Shown here piece by piece: positions 48,065 through 57,815 of a stretch of DNA of 64,000 bases. The stretch comes from Candidatus Sulfomarinibacteraceae bacterium (GTDB lineage Bacteria; Acidobacteriota; Thermoanaerobaculia; Thermoanaerobaculales; Sulfomarinibacteraceae). The stretch spans positions 608,001-672,000 of the forward strand of contig CAWCLO010000001.1 in the NCBI GenBank assembly GCA_963796455.1, given 5' to 3'. Under the pieces are notes generated by a model, which made no database searches, was not told the DNA's origin, and saw nothing but the letters and a program-made list of their open reading frames with translations. Numbering within the stretch: position 1 is the first letter of the stretch; the number at the start of each line of letters is the position of its first letter. Position numbers and translations under genes: made by a program.

Positions 48065-48397
48065 ATGATCGGCAATCGAAAAGAAATCCTGCGCGGAACT
48101 CTCGACATGTTGATCCTCAAAACTTTGTCGCTGACCCCGCTGCACGGCCTCGGGATCTCGCGCCGGATCGAGCAGGTGACGGATGGGGTGTTTCAGGTCA
48201 AGCCGGGATCGCTCTTCCCCGCCCTCCATCGGATGGAACAGGAGGGCTGGATCCGCGGCGAGTGGGGCGAGTCGGAGAACAAGCGGAAAGCGAAGTATTA
48301 CCAACTCACCGCTTCCGGTCAGCGACGGCTCGGTGAAGAAGAACGCGGATGGTCCAGCCTCGTGGTGACCATCGCCAAGGTCCTCGAGGCCCATTGA
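48065..48397 (+). CDS. PadR family transcriptional regulator (acidobacterial type)
   Basis: GTLDMLILK, GSLFPALHR and SENKRKAKYY motifs. Confidence 0.92.
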   Translation: MIGNRKEILRGTLDMLILKTLSLTPLHGLGISRRIEQVTDGVFQVKPGSLFPALHRMEQEGWIRGEWGESENKRKAKYYQLTASGQRRLGEEERGWSSLVVTIAKVLEAH

Positions 48398-48406
48398 GGA
48401 GGCGTT

Positions 48407-51034
48407 GTGGGGGTTTTTTCCACTCTGAAGTCATCGGTGGGCGCGCCATTTGACAAAGAACGGGTCGAGCACGAACTCGACGAGGAGCTCCAGAGCTACC
48501 TCGAACTCCTGATCGACGAAAAGGTCCAAGCCGGTGTGGAACCCGGCAAGGCGCGTCGCCAGGCGCTGATCGAGCTCGGGGGAGCCGAACAAATCAAGAC
48601 GACCCTCCGCGAAACACGCCATGGAGCCGGGTTCGACACCCTGATCCAGGACCTCCGATTCACCCTTCGTCTGCTGCGGAAATCTCCAGGATTCGCCACC
48701 GTCGTGATTCTGACTCTGGCCATCGGCATCGGCGCGAACACGGCGCTTTTCAGCTCGATCAAGGCGCTGCTCCTGAGCAGCCTGCCGTATGAGGAACCGG
48801 CCCGGTTGGTTGCGATGACCAAAACATATGAAGGACGGCCGAGGGGCCCGGTCTCGAGACTGGACTCCCTTGACTACCGGCGTTTGAATCGCACCTTCGA
48901 AGGCTTTGGCGTGCTCTCCGGTAACAATCGATTCACCCTGACCGGTGGTGATCGCGCGCGACCCGTCTTCGGCACCTTTGTCAGCTGGAATCTTTTCCAG
49001 ATTCTCGGTGTGAGGCCCGACGCAGGCCGACTCTTTCTCGAGAGCGAAGAAAACCAGGGCGGAGCCAACTTGATTCTCGTCAGCCACTCGTTGTGGCAGG
49101 ACCTCTTTGCGGGTGGGGAGCACGCCATCGGTTCGTCCCTGCATCTCAACGGCCTGCCCTATGAGATCGTCGGCGTGATGCCACCGGGCTTCGAGTTCAT
49201 GTCCGAGGCCGAGTTGTGGGTTCTGATCGATCGTGATTGTCCGATCGACATGGCTCGAGACTCCCACAGTATGTGGGCCATCGGCCGCCTCCAAGACGGT
49301 GTCACCCTCGAACAGGCGCAGCAGGATATGGACCGCGTCGCCGCCATCCTCGCCGAGCAATACCCGGACACCAACAAAGACAAGGGGCTCCGCCTCTACG
49401 ATCTCCGCGAATTCATGGTTGCGCACGTCCGTCCGAGCCTCAATCTGCTCATCGTCACGACCGCGCTGGTCCTACTGATCGCCTGCGGCAACGTCGCAGG
49501 GCTGATGCTGGCGCGGGGCCAGAGCCGGGTTCCCGAGATGGCGATGCGAGCCGCCCTCGGAGCACCGCGGAGCCGTCTGATTCGCCAACTCATGACCGAA
49601 AGCGTGATCCTGACCCTTCTTGCCGGTGGTATCGGAGTCATCGTGGCGTTCCTCTTCCACGGATTCCTCCTCCGCCTATTGCCGGCGGGCGACGCCGGCG
49701 TGCCGGTCGCGAGGATCGACGGCGGCGTGTTGCTCTTTGCGCTTGTCATTTCAATTGTGACCGGTCTTGTTGTCGGCATCATCCCGGCCCTCAGGGTGAC
49801 TTCCTTCAATATCTGGCGCAAGCTCGAGATCTCAGGCAGGACGACAGAGAGCGGTCGTGGGACCCGCCTCAGAACGCTCCTGGTGATCGCCCAGGTCGCA
49901 ATGTCGGTCTCCCTGCTCATCGGCTGCGGCTTGATGATCCGCAGTATGGTGCAACTCACGCGTGCTGATCTTGGATTCGAGCCGAAGCATCTCGCCGGCG
50001 GCACGATCGCGATTCAAGCTGACGACCACCCGTCGATGACCGAGCGCGCCGGCTTTTTCGCGTCGCTGATCGAGGAAATCGAGGCTTTGCCCGGTGTCGA
50101 ACGCGCGGCCCTCATCACCAAGCTTCCTATCGCCTCGGGCGGAACCGATTGGCCCATCTGGCATGCCGCCGATCCCCGCCCCGAACCGAGAGACTCGGAT
50201 ATGGCCCTGGCCCGGATCGTGTCGCCCGGTTATTTCGACACCATGGCCATTCCGCTGCTCCGAGGGAGGGACATCGCCCATTCCGATCGAGAAGAAGCGG
50301 CCCGGGTTCTGGTCATCAGCGAAGCCGTCGCACGGGGTCTGTTTCCCCAATCCGATCCGATCGGCCAGATGGTCAAACTCGGTTGGTACGACGAGCCCTT
50401 TGAAATCGTCGGTGTCGTCGGCAATGCCAAACTGAATTCGGTTCGGAATGACTTCACCTGGGCGATGTATATGTCCTCCGCTCAATATGGATGGACAAAC
50501 CAATGGCTGGCGCTCCGCGCGCAAGGGGACGCAGATCTCTTGTCCGCTTCGGTCCGAAAGATCCTCGACGCTAAAGATTCGAATGCTCTTTTTGGCGGTC
50601 TTCAGACCATGGAGACGATCATCGACAACAATCTTTCGGGCTTTCGCGTTGTGATGCTGGCACTTGGAATACTCGCCATCGTGGCCATGCTCTTGACCGC
50701 GATCGGTCTCTATGGAGTGCTTGCTTACCACGTCAGCCAACGGACCAACGAATTCGGGATCAGGGTGGCGCTCGGCGCGACTTCGCGAGAGGTCGTCGGA
50801 CTGGTGTTCAAAAAGGGACTTGTCATGGTCGGCGCGGGCATCATTTTCGGTCTGCTCGGGGCTTCGCTGGTATCACGCCTGATCCAGAACCTTCTGTACC
50901 AGACCGGGGTCCTCGAACCTGCAGCCTACGCTGGAGCCGGGGCATTTCTGGGCGCCGTCGCCCTCATCGCCTGTTTCCTGCCCGCCTGGCGCGCGTCGCG
51001 CATCAGTCCCGTCGAGGCCCTCCGCCGAGAGTGA
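48407..51034 (+). CDS. Duplicated MacB/FtsX-like ABC permease (ADOP family)
   Basis: ELDEEL, QDLRFTLR, LLIACGNVA and QRTNEFGIRVALGA motifs; two repeats; follows padR. Confidence 0.92.
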   Translation: MGVFSTLKSSVGAPFDKERVEHELDEELQSYLELLIDEKVQAGVEPGKARRQALIELGGAEQIKTTLRETRHGAGFDTLIQDLRFTLRLLRKSPGFATVVILTLAIGIGANTALFSSIKALLLSSLPYEEPARLVAMTKTYEGRPRGPVSRLDSLDYRRLNRTFEGFGVLSGNNRFTLTGGDRARPVFGTFVSWNLFQILGVRPDAGRLFLESEENQGGANLILVSHSLWQDLFAGGEHAIGSSLHLNGLPYEIVGVMPPGFEFMSEAELWVLIDRDCPIDMARDSHSMWAIGRLQDGVTLEQAQQDMDRVAAILAEQYPDTNKDKGLRLYDLREFMVAHVRPSLNLLIVTTALVLLIACGNVAGLMLARGQSRVPEMAMRAALGAPRSRLIRQLMTESVILTLLAGGIGVIVAFLFHGFLLRLLPAGDAGVPVARIDGGVLLFALVISIVTGLVVGIIPALRVTSFNIWRKLEISGRTTESGRGTRLRTLLVIAQVAMSVSLLIGCGLMIRSMVQLTRADLGFEPKHLAGGTIAIQADDHPSMTERAGFFASLIEEIEALPGVERAALITKLPIASGGTDWPIWHAADPRPEPRDSDMALARIVSPGYFDTMAIPLLRGRDIAHSDREEAARVLVISEAVARGLFPQSDPIGQMVKLGWYDEPFEIVGVVGNAKLNSVRNDFTWAMYMSSAQYGWTNQWLALRAQGDADLLSASVRKILDAKDSNALFGGLQTMETIIDNNLSGFRVVMLALGILAIVAMLLTAIGLYGVLAYHVSQRTNEFGIRVALGATSREVVGLVFKKGLVMVGAGIIFGLLGASLVSRLIQNLLYQTGVLEPAAYAGAGAFLGAVALIACFLPAWRASRISPVEALRRE

Positions 51035-51121
51035 TTGAGTTCTCCTTGCCTCGAGGCCACTCACCGGGCGCCTGATGACAGGTCCGCGCGACCGGCGTAT
51101 GGTTGGTCGGCGGAGGTCCGG

Positions 51122-52573
51122 ATGAGCACAGAAAACGGCCACTGGGACGCCGAAACCTTTCGCCGCGAGGGCCACCGGATGGTGGACTGGATTGCCGAAT
51201 ACCTCGATGGCGGCAACCGTGAGTACCCGGTCCTGGCAAAGGTCGAGCCCGGGGACGTGACGGCCAGGCTCCCAAAGACGATGCCAGAAAATGCAGAGGA
51301 TCCGGAAGCGGTGTGGCAGGATTTCCTCGATATCGTGATGCCCGGGGTCACCCACTGGAACCACCCCGGATTCATGGCCTATTACGGGATCACGGGTTCC
51401 GGTCCGGGCGTTCTCGGCGATATGCTCTCGGCCGCCCTCAACGTCAACGGCATGCTGTGGCGAACCTGCCCATCGGCCACCGAACTGGAACTGGTGGTTT
51501 TGGATTGGATTCGCAAAGGCCTCGATCTGCCCGACGAATTCTTTGGTTATCTCACCGACACGGCCTCCGTCTCGTCGCTCCTGGCCCTGGTGGCGGCGCG
51601 CGAGGCGGCCGATCCCTCGATTCGGCAACGTGGGTCAGCCGGTGGAGATCGACCTGCGAAATTTGTCGTCTACGCCTCCGACCAGACCCATTCGTCGATT
51701 GCCAAGGCCTGCGTCACCATTGGGCTCGGGCTCGATGGTTACCACGACATTCCCCACGACGACGATTTTCGGATGGACACCGCCGCGCTCGCCAGGGCGA
51801 TCGCCGACGATCGGGCAGCGGGTCTGCAACCGCTTGCCGTTGTGGCGACGGTCGGAACCACCTCGACCACATCGGTGGATCCGGTGGCGACGATTGCAGA
51901 GATCTGCGAAACGGAAGGATTGTGGCTTCACATCGATGCCGCATATGCCGGGTCGGCGGCATTGTGCCCCGAACAACGTTGGTGTCTCGAAGGCTGCGAA
52001 CGGGCCGACAGTTTTGTCTTCAACCCCCACAAGTGGCTGTTCACGCCTTTCGATGCATCAGCTCTCTACACCCGCCGCCCGGAGATCTTCAAACGCGCCT
52101 TTTCGCTGGTGCCCGAATACCTCACGACACCGGTCACCGGCCAGGTGGTGGATCTGATGGACTATGGGATCCAACTCGGCCGCCGCTTTCGGGCGCTCAA
52201 ATTGTGGTGGATCCTGCGCTGCTTCGGCGCCGAGGGGATTCGTGACCGCCTGCGCCGCCACATCGAAATGGCCAAGTCCTTTGCCGACTGGGTGGATGAC
52301 TCGCCGGTCTTCGAGCGCCTCGCGCCGAGCCCCTTCTCGGTGGTCTGTTTCCGCGCCCGGCCGAATGGCGTCGAGGGCGAAGCGCTCGACCGCTTCAATA
52401 TGGAATTGATGGAGTACGTCAACGCGGCCGGCGACATATTTCTTTCCCACACCAAGCTCGATGATGTGATTTCACTGCGGGTCGCCATCGGCAACCTGGC
52501 CACCGTCGAAACCGATATCGACCGCTGCCGTGAACTGCTCACGGAGGGCCTGGAATGCCTCTCCCGCCGCTGA
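51122..52573 (+). CDS. PLP-dependent aromatic L-amino acid decarboxylase family protein
   Basis: PGVTHWNHP, HIDAAYAG and NPHKW motifs. Confidence 0.92.
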   Translation: MSTENGHWDAETFRREGHRMVDWIAEYLDGGNREYPVLAKVEPGDVTARLPKTMPENAEDPEAVWQDFLDIVMPGVTHWNHPGFMAYYGITGSGPGVLGDMLSAALNVNGMLWRTCPSATELELVVLDWIRKGLDLPDEFFGYLTDTASVSSLLALVAAREAADPSIRQRGSAGGDRPAKFVVYASDQTHSSIAKACVTIGLGLDGYHDIPHDDDFRMDTAALARAIADDRAAGLQPLAVVATVGTTSTTSVDPVATIAEICETEGLWLHIDAAYAGSAALCPEQRWCLEGCERADSFVFNPHKWLFTPFDASALYTRRPEIFKRAFSLVPEYLTTPVTGQVVDLMDYGIQLGRRFRALKLWWILRCFGAEGIRDRLRRHIEMAKSFADWVDDSPVFERLAPSPFSVVCFRARPNGVEGEALDRFNMELMEYVNAAGDIFLSHTKLDDVISLRVAIGNLATVETDIDRCRELLTEGLECLSRR

Positions 52574-53445
52574 CCAGAACCGCCGGCCCGCTGGCCACCC
52601 TTCGCGCCCTGGCGATCATTCCGTTGGGATTCGGCTCGCTCCTTTTGATCAACATCATCCAGATGCTGAGCCTGGTTGTCCGGCCGTTTTCCCGCAGCGC
52701 CTTTCGTCGCATCAATCGCTGGTGCGCAGACTCCTGGTGGGGTTGGTGCGTCAGCTGGGCGGACTGGGCGTACGGCCTCCAAATTCAAACCACCGGCGCC
52801 GATGTGCCGATGCGAGAAAACGCGCTCCTCGTCGCAAATCACCAACAGATGCCCGATATCCCCGTGATCATGAAGTTCGCACGCACGAAGGACCGCCTCG
52901 GGGACCTGAAATTCTTTGTCAAGAAACAACTCAAGTGGGTGCCCGGTCTGGGTTGGGGCATGCAGTTCCTCGACTGTCTCTATGTCGATCGCGACTGGAC
53001 CTCGGATCGGGAAACCGTCCGCCAGACTTTCTCCCGGTTGGTCGAGGGCAAGGTCCCCGTCTATCTGGTCTCCTTTGTCGAGGGCACCCGTTTGACTCTT
53101 TTCAAACTCGAAAAGGCGCAGGACTATGCGCAAGAAAACGGTCTCCGCGCGCCCCGTCACACCCTCGTGCCGCGCACCAAGGGCTTCGCCGCGTCGGTGG
53201 AGGGCTTGCGCGGCCACATCACTGCGGTCTACGACCTGACCATCGGCTACGAGGACGGCGTGCCATCGCTTTGGCAATACCTCCAGGGCCTGGTCACCAA
53301 CATTCATCTCCACGTGAAGCGATACCCCATCGAAGACCTGCCTGAAACCGCCGACGACCTCCGGCAATGGCTGCTCGACCGCTTCGAGGAGAAAGACGCC
53401 CTGCTTGATTATTTTTACGAGCATGGATCATTTCCAGACGCTTGA
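52555..53445 (+). CDS. Lysophospholipid acyltransferase family protein
   Basis: NHQQMPD (HX4D), FVEGTR and PRTKG motifs. Confidence 0.88.
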   Translation: MPLPPLTRTAGPLATLRALAIIPLGFGSLLLINIIQMLSLVVRPFSRSAFRRINRWCADSWWGWCVSWADWAYGLQIQTTGADVPMRENALLVANHQQMPDIPVIMKFARTKDRLGDLKFFVKKQLKWVPGLGWGMQFLDCLYVDRDWTSDRETVRQTFSRLVEGKVPVYLVSFVEGTRLTLFKLEKAQDYAQENGLRAPRHTLVPRTKGFAASVEGLRGHITAVYDLTIGYEDGVPSLWQYLQGLVTNIHLHVKRYPIEDLPETADDLRQWLLDRFEEKDALLDYFYEHGSFPDA

Positions 53446-53467
53446 AGCTGGCCACAAAAAGGGAAGA

Positions 53468-54197
53468 GATGTTGGATACCGGATGCCGGATGCTGGAACG
53501 AGCAGCGTTTCGGAGAAACCGCAGATCACGCAGATGAACGCAGATCGACCGTCGCTATCGAACGCTGTCTGGGCTAACGATCTCTCAGCAAGGTATGGGA
53601 AACCGCACTGCCCGATCCCGTTCCCGAATTGCAGCGGCAGCGACAGTGTCCAGCGACAGCGACAGCGTCAGGGAGCGGCGACAGCGTCAGCGGCAGCGAA
53701 CAGCGATCAGTGATCAGCGGCGGCGGCCAGGAGTACAGGCGACGAAGTGGCCACCTCCGGGTCGTTCAACGGAAGAAGTAGCCGGTGGGCTGCCGAGTTG
53801 GGAGAGACCGGTCGGCCCACTGGAGGATCGCCTACGCCTCGGCGAAAGAGGTCGATAGCCACTTGCAGCTTCTCGCCCACGCCGGATCGATCAGTCGAGA
53901 TGGAGCCGGTGAAGCGATGAACGCCTTCGATCAGGTCCGTGCCATGATCTGGCGGCTCTTGAACCCTAATGGGTAAGTGCTATTCGCTGACGCTGACCAC
54001 TTTCGCTGGCGCTGGTTTCTGCCGCTGATAGCTGACTACTGTTCCCTGACGCTGTCCGCTGTCGCCGTCCCTGAACGGCGACCGAGAACCTGTCATGGAT
54101 AAGAGTGTTATCCTGCATCCTGCATCCTGCATCCTGCATCCTGCATCGAGCATCTCGCATCGAGTATCGAGTATCGAGTATCGAGTATCTCGCATCG
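53468..54197. mobile_element. Second internally deleted four-helix-bundle cassette (opposite orientation) within repeat arms
   Basis: CAGCGA-rich arm plus CAGGAGTACAGGCGACGAAGTGGCCACCTCCGGGTCGTTC matches the reverse complement of ~3325-3364. It is joined to the gene's 3' half and ends in (ATCCTGC)n and (ATCGAGT)n. Confidence 0.75.
53794..53976 (+). pseudogene. C-terminal half of four-helix-bundle gene
   Basis: 47/60 aa identical (manual count) to the intact copy; lacks the N-terminal half including the NLAEG motif. Confidence 0.9.
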
Positions 54198-54211
54198 TGA
54201 ACCCGTCAGGT

Positions 54212-55522
54212 TCACGACTCTTCCGCCCCCATCTGCCGGAAGAGTCTTGCGGTCCAGAGATGAAGCGCCACGGCGAGGGCCAGGATCACCGCCCCGGTTG
54301 CCTGATGGGTTGTGGTGATCGTCACTTCGAGGGCGGTCGGCGAGCCGACAACCGCGTTGCCCTGGGTCACGGCGAGCGCCGCGATCCCAAGGAAGACCTG
54401 CACGGACGCCAGAATCACCAACCCTTTGCCGAAGGCCTCCACCGGCCACGATCCGCCGTACATCCCCCACGCCCGGGCGCCGACCATCACCGCCAACAGG
54501 ACCACCACCGCAGCCAACGAGATGTGGACGATCAGCAGCGCCGCGAGATGCCGTTGAGCTGCTCCCAGCACGAGCTGCAACACCAGGGTCGGAATCAACC
54601 ACCGCTGCAGGGTAAGATCATCGCGAACGTGCGGACGCTGCTCTTGCGCGGGCGCATCAAACCACAGACTGCTGGTCACCACCGCAATGGCCACAATGAC
54701 ACCGAGAAAAATCTGACCGAGCACACCGTGCGCCAGGGCCAGGGCAATGCTCGGCGCCATGTCCTCGGGCGAGGTGCTGAGGGTGAAACCACCGGTGACT
54801 CTCAATCCGCCAAGGATTCCCTGCAGAATCACTAGAACGACGGCTGCTGCCGACAGGCAATGCAACCATCTCCGATCGTCGCGACGCCACAAGCGAATCG
54901 CCAACACGATGGTGGTCAGACCGACCAGCGCACCAAAGAGCCGATGGGCGTGTTCGTAATAAATGCCGCCGGTCATCCGCGACAAAGGATAGAGAAACAT
55001 GTTGTAACCAAACGAGTTCGGCCAATCGACCACGGCCAGACCGGCTTCATTGCTGGTCACAAGACCGCCGGCAACCACCAAAAGAAAGGTTGCGGCAACC
55101 GCGACCTTTGCAAGCAGCGCCGTCCAGGCATTCTCAGGAGACCGCCGCTCCTGGTTTGCACCGACTGCGGCCAGACCACCGGCAATCAGAGCGATCACCA
55201 GCACGGAGCCGGGAATCCACCACAGCGCCGATGGGACCATGGACCCGCTTTCCGTCGAGGCCAGGAGCGAGCCGAGGACCAACATGTTGATCACCGCCGC
55301 CACGGTGCCCACCATGACCCCGGCCAACCAACCACCACCGGACCGCGCACCCGTCAGCCATCCCCAGACGCCCACCATGATCAGCATCAGGGCCAGAAGC
55401 AGCCAACTCGGCGCCATCACCGCCGGCAGGCGGCAAAAATAGGCGACGGCCCACATGGAAACCGTCATCGCGAAGGCGAGGGGGATCACATAACTGCGAT
55501 CGGACGTGGATGTTGTCATCAA
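54212..55522 (-). CDS. ctaA: Heme A synthase (COX15/CtaA family) with N-terminal membrane extension
   Basis: GGLVTS..AGLAVVDWP, EHAHRL, QGILGGLRV and further conserved His residues. Confidence 0.82.
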   Translation of the reverse strand: MMTTSTSDRSYVIPLAFAMTVSMWAVAYFCRLPAVMAPSWLLLALMLIMVGVWGWLTGARSGGGWLAGVMVGTVAAVINMLVLGSLLASTESGSMVPSALWWIPGSVLVIALIAGGLAAVGANQERRSPENAWTALLAKVAVAATFLLVVAGGLVTSNEAGLAVVDWPNSFGYNMFLYPLSRMTGGIYYEHAHRLFGALVGLTTIVLAIRLWRRDDRRWLHCLSAAAVVLVILQGILGGLRVTGGFTLSTSPEDMAPSIALALAHGVLGQIFLGVIVAIAVVTSSLWFDAPAQEQRPHVRDDLTLQRWLIPTLVLQLVLGAAQRHLAALLIVHISLAAVVVLLAVMVGARAWGMYGGSWPVEAFGKGLVILASVQVFLGIAALAVTQGNAVVGSPTALEVTITTTHQATGAVILALAVALHLWTARLFRQMGAEES

Positions 55523-55725
55523 CGACCTCCTTCAATCCAGTTACTTTTCCGAAGACCTCGAATACGAGCAAGGCATCCTCGGTTATACTGCGCGCGGCGT
55601 CTTCCGAACGCAGGCCGCGCGGCCACAATCGATGAACTCCTGCACTATACACTCGGTATGGTGCATCGCAGGGAAAACGTACCTATGGTAGAGCAGGTCT
55701 CAGTTCGAATAGCGCACACCGATCG

Positions 55726-56700
55726 GTGGAACCGGTGACGGTACGATCGGCGGTCTCGATGTACCTCGAGTTGGCCAAGGCCCGTCTCGGCGCGCTGGTG
55801 GTATTAACGGCGTGTGTCGGCTACGTGCTCGGCGCCCGGGGCGAGATCGATTGGACGGTCGGTCTCGCAGCGGTTGCCGGCACGGCCCTCAGCGCTTTTG
55901 GCGCCAATATTCTCAATCAATGGCGCGAAGCCGATCGCGATGGTCGCATGTTGCGGACCCGCGAGCGGCCGCTCCCTGCGGGCAAAATGCAGAACCGGCA
56001 GGCCGCCATGTGGGGGCTCGCGACCTCCGTTGCCGGTCTCGCGATTCTGGCGATCGGAACCAACTGGTTGACCACCGGTCTTTCGCTCTTCGTCATCGCC
56101 CTCTACGTCCTCGTCTACACGCCGCTCAAGGTCCGAACGCCACTCAATACCGTCGTCGGCGCAATCTGCGGAGCCGTGCCACCGATGATGGGATGGTCGG
56201 CGGCCACGGGTAGCCTCGACGCCGGCGCCTGGATTCTCGGCGGCCTTCTTTTCGTTTGGCAGATCCCGCATTTCCTGGCCCTCGCCTGGCTCTATCGTGA
56301 GGACTATGAACGCGGCGGTTTCCGCATGCTCCCCGCGGTGGACGATGGAGGCCGGATGACCGGTGGTTTTGCGGTGCTCTACGCCGCAGCTCTCCTGCCC
56401 GTCACAGCCTCTCTCAGCGTGGCCGGCATCACCGGTGGCATATTTCTGGTTGCATCTCAAGTTGTTGGATTAGCCTTTCTCGCCCTCGGATGGGTCTTTC
56501 TTCGGGACCGGACACAACAGACCGCCCGCCGTTTGTTTCTGGCCAGCATTCTGTATCTTCCGATCGTTCTGGGGCTGATGGTCGCCGATATGAAATCTCA
56601 CGCAATTCAGCCGCAGCCGAATGCTGAAATCGAGGCTGTCGCACGTCCGGACGCGGCTCAGATCGATATCGCTCCAATCCAGCCTCCATCGGGAATCTAG
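55726..56700 (+). CDS. ctaB: Protoheme IX farnesyltransferase (heme O synthase)
   Basis: D.D.RM.RT..RPLP.G, YTPLK, GAVPPMMGW and WQIPHF motifs. Confidence 0.93.
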   Translation: MEPVTVRSAVSMYLELAKARLGALVVLTACVGYVLGARGEIDWTVGLAAVAGTALSAFGANILNQWREADRDGRMLRTRERPLPAGKMQNRQAAMWGLATSVAGLAILAIGTNWLTTGLSLFVIALYVLVYTPLKVRTPLNTVVGAICGAVPPMMGWSAATGSLDAGAWILGGLLFVWQIPHFLALAWLYREDYERGGFRMLPAVDDGGRMTGGFAVLYAAALLPVTASLSVAGITGGIFLVASQVVGLAFLALGWVFLRDRTQQTARRLFLASILYLPIVLGLMVADMKSHAIQPQPNAEIEAVARPDAAQIDIAPIQPPSGI

Positions 56701-56704
56701 GCCC

Positions 56705-57790
56705 TTGCAGACACCGGCGATCATCCGCAACGGTTGGTGGGTGGCCCTGATCGGCGTGGCGGTCAGCCTAGCAATCATCATTGCCGCACTGTCATCCACC
56801 CGAACATCCCGCCCGCAAGGAGCAGATACCGGGGAATTCGACCTCGAGAGTGCCAAGGTGCCGCGGCAGCTCATCGTCCGTGCCATGGACCGCGACGGTC
56901 TCAGAGCGTTGACCGATCCTTCGACCCTCGAACCAGCCGATATCGCCCACAAGAACGAAGAGGAACGCGGCAAACTGCTGGTCGGTAGCGACAGGGTCAT
57001 CGGGGTCGAAATCAACGGTGAGGCCCGAGCGTATCCGCTCCGCCTCATGCGTTGGCACGAGGTAGTCAATGACCGCGTGGGCGACCAGGCAATCGCCGTC
57101 ACCTACAGCCCCCTCTGCGACAGCGCGGCCGTCTACTCCCGTCGGATCGATGGGAATGTTGCGGATATCGGTCTTTCAGGCCTTCTTTTTCAGTCGAATC
57201 CCCTGCTCTATGACCGCCGCCTCGGACCCGCCACCTCACCGCTGTGGGTTCAACTCACCGGAAATGTCGTTGCCGGCGCCAGTCCGGATTCAGCCTCCGG
57301 GCTCCTCCCGCTCCCCGCCTCCCTGGTCACCTGGGCCGAATGGCTGAGCCTCCATCCCGGAACCACGATCCTGGCGCCGGAGGAGGATCTGAAAAAGCTC
57401 TACAAACGAGATCCCTACCACTCCTACTTCGGGTCCGACGTGCTCCGCTTTCCGGTCGATCCCATCCCGACCACCCACGAGCTCCGACTCAAGGACCGGG
57501 TGGTGGTGATTACCGTCAATGGCGAGGACTCGGTCTACGGCCTGCCCCAGTTGGCGGCGGCAATCGGAAAGAAGCGAGGGGTCATCGAAATATCGGTAGC
57601 GGATCTGCCCATCCGGCTGAGCTTCGACGCCGAGATCGGTACGGCTTCCGCGGAGGTCCCGAGCGACCCGTCAAGGCTGCAGGGAGTGCGGCTCGCATTT
57701 TGGTTTGCCTGGTATGCCCTGGAAGGAACGATTCCTGCTAATATTCAACCCGCCGTGACGGAGCGGCAACAATCAAAAACCAGAGATTGA
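56705..57790 (+). CDS. DUF3179-like protein
   Basis: RAYPL..M.WHEVVND, YSPLC and SGLLFQSN..YDR motifs. Start approximate. Confidence 0.75.
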   Translation: MQTPAIIRNGWWVALIGVAVSLAIIIAALSSTRTSRPQGADTGEFDLESAKVPRQLIVRAMDRDGLRALTDPSTLEPADIAHKNEEERGKLLVGSDRVIGVEINGEARAYPLRLMRWHEVVNDRVGDQAIAVTYSPLCDSAAVYSRRIDGNVADIGLSGLLFQSNPLLYDRRLGPATSPLWVQLTGNVVAGASPDSASGLLPLPASLVTWAEWLSLHPGTTILAPEEDLKKLYKRDPYHSYFGSDVLRFPVDPIPTTHELRLKDRVVVITVNGEDSVYGLPQLAAAIGKKRGVIEISVADLPIRLSFDAEIGTASAEVPSDPSRLQGVRLAFWFAWYALEGTIPANIQPAVTERQQSKTRD

Positions 57791-57815
57791 CTGAGAAACC
57801 TCCCGGAGGAACTTG

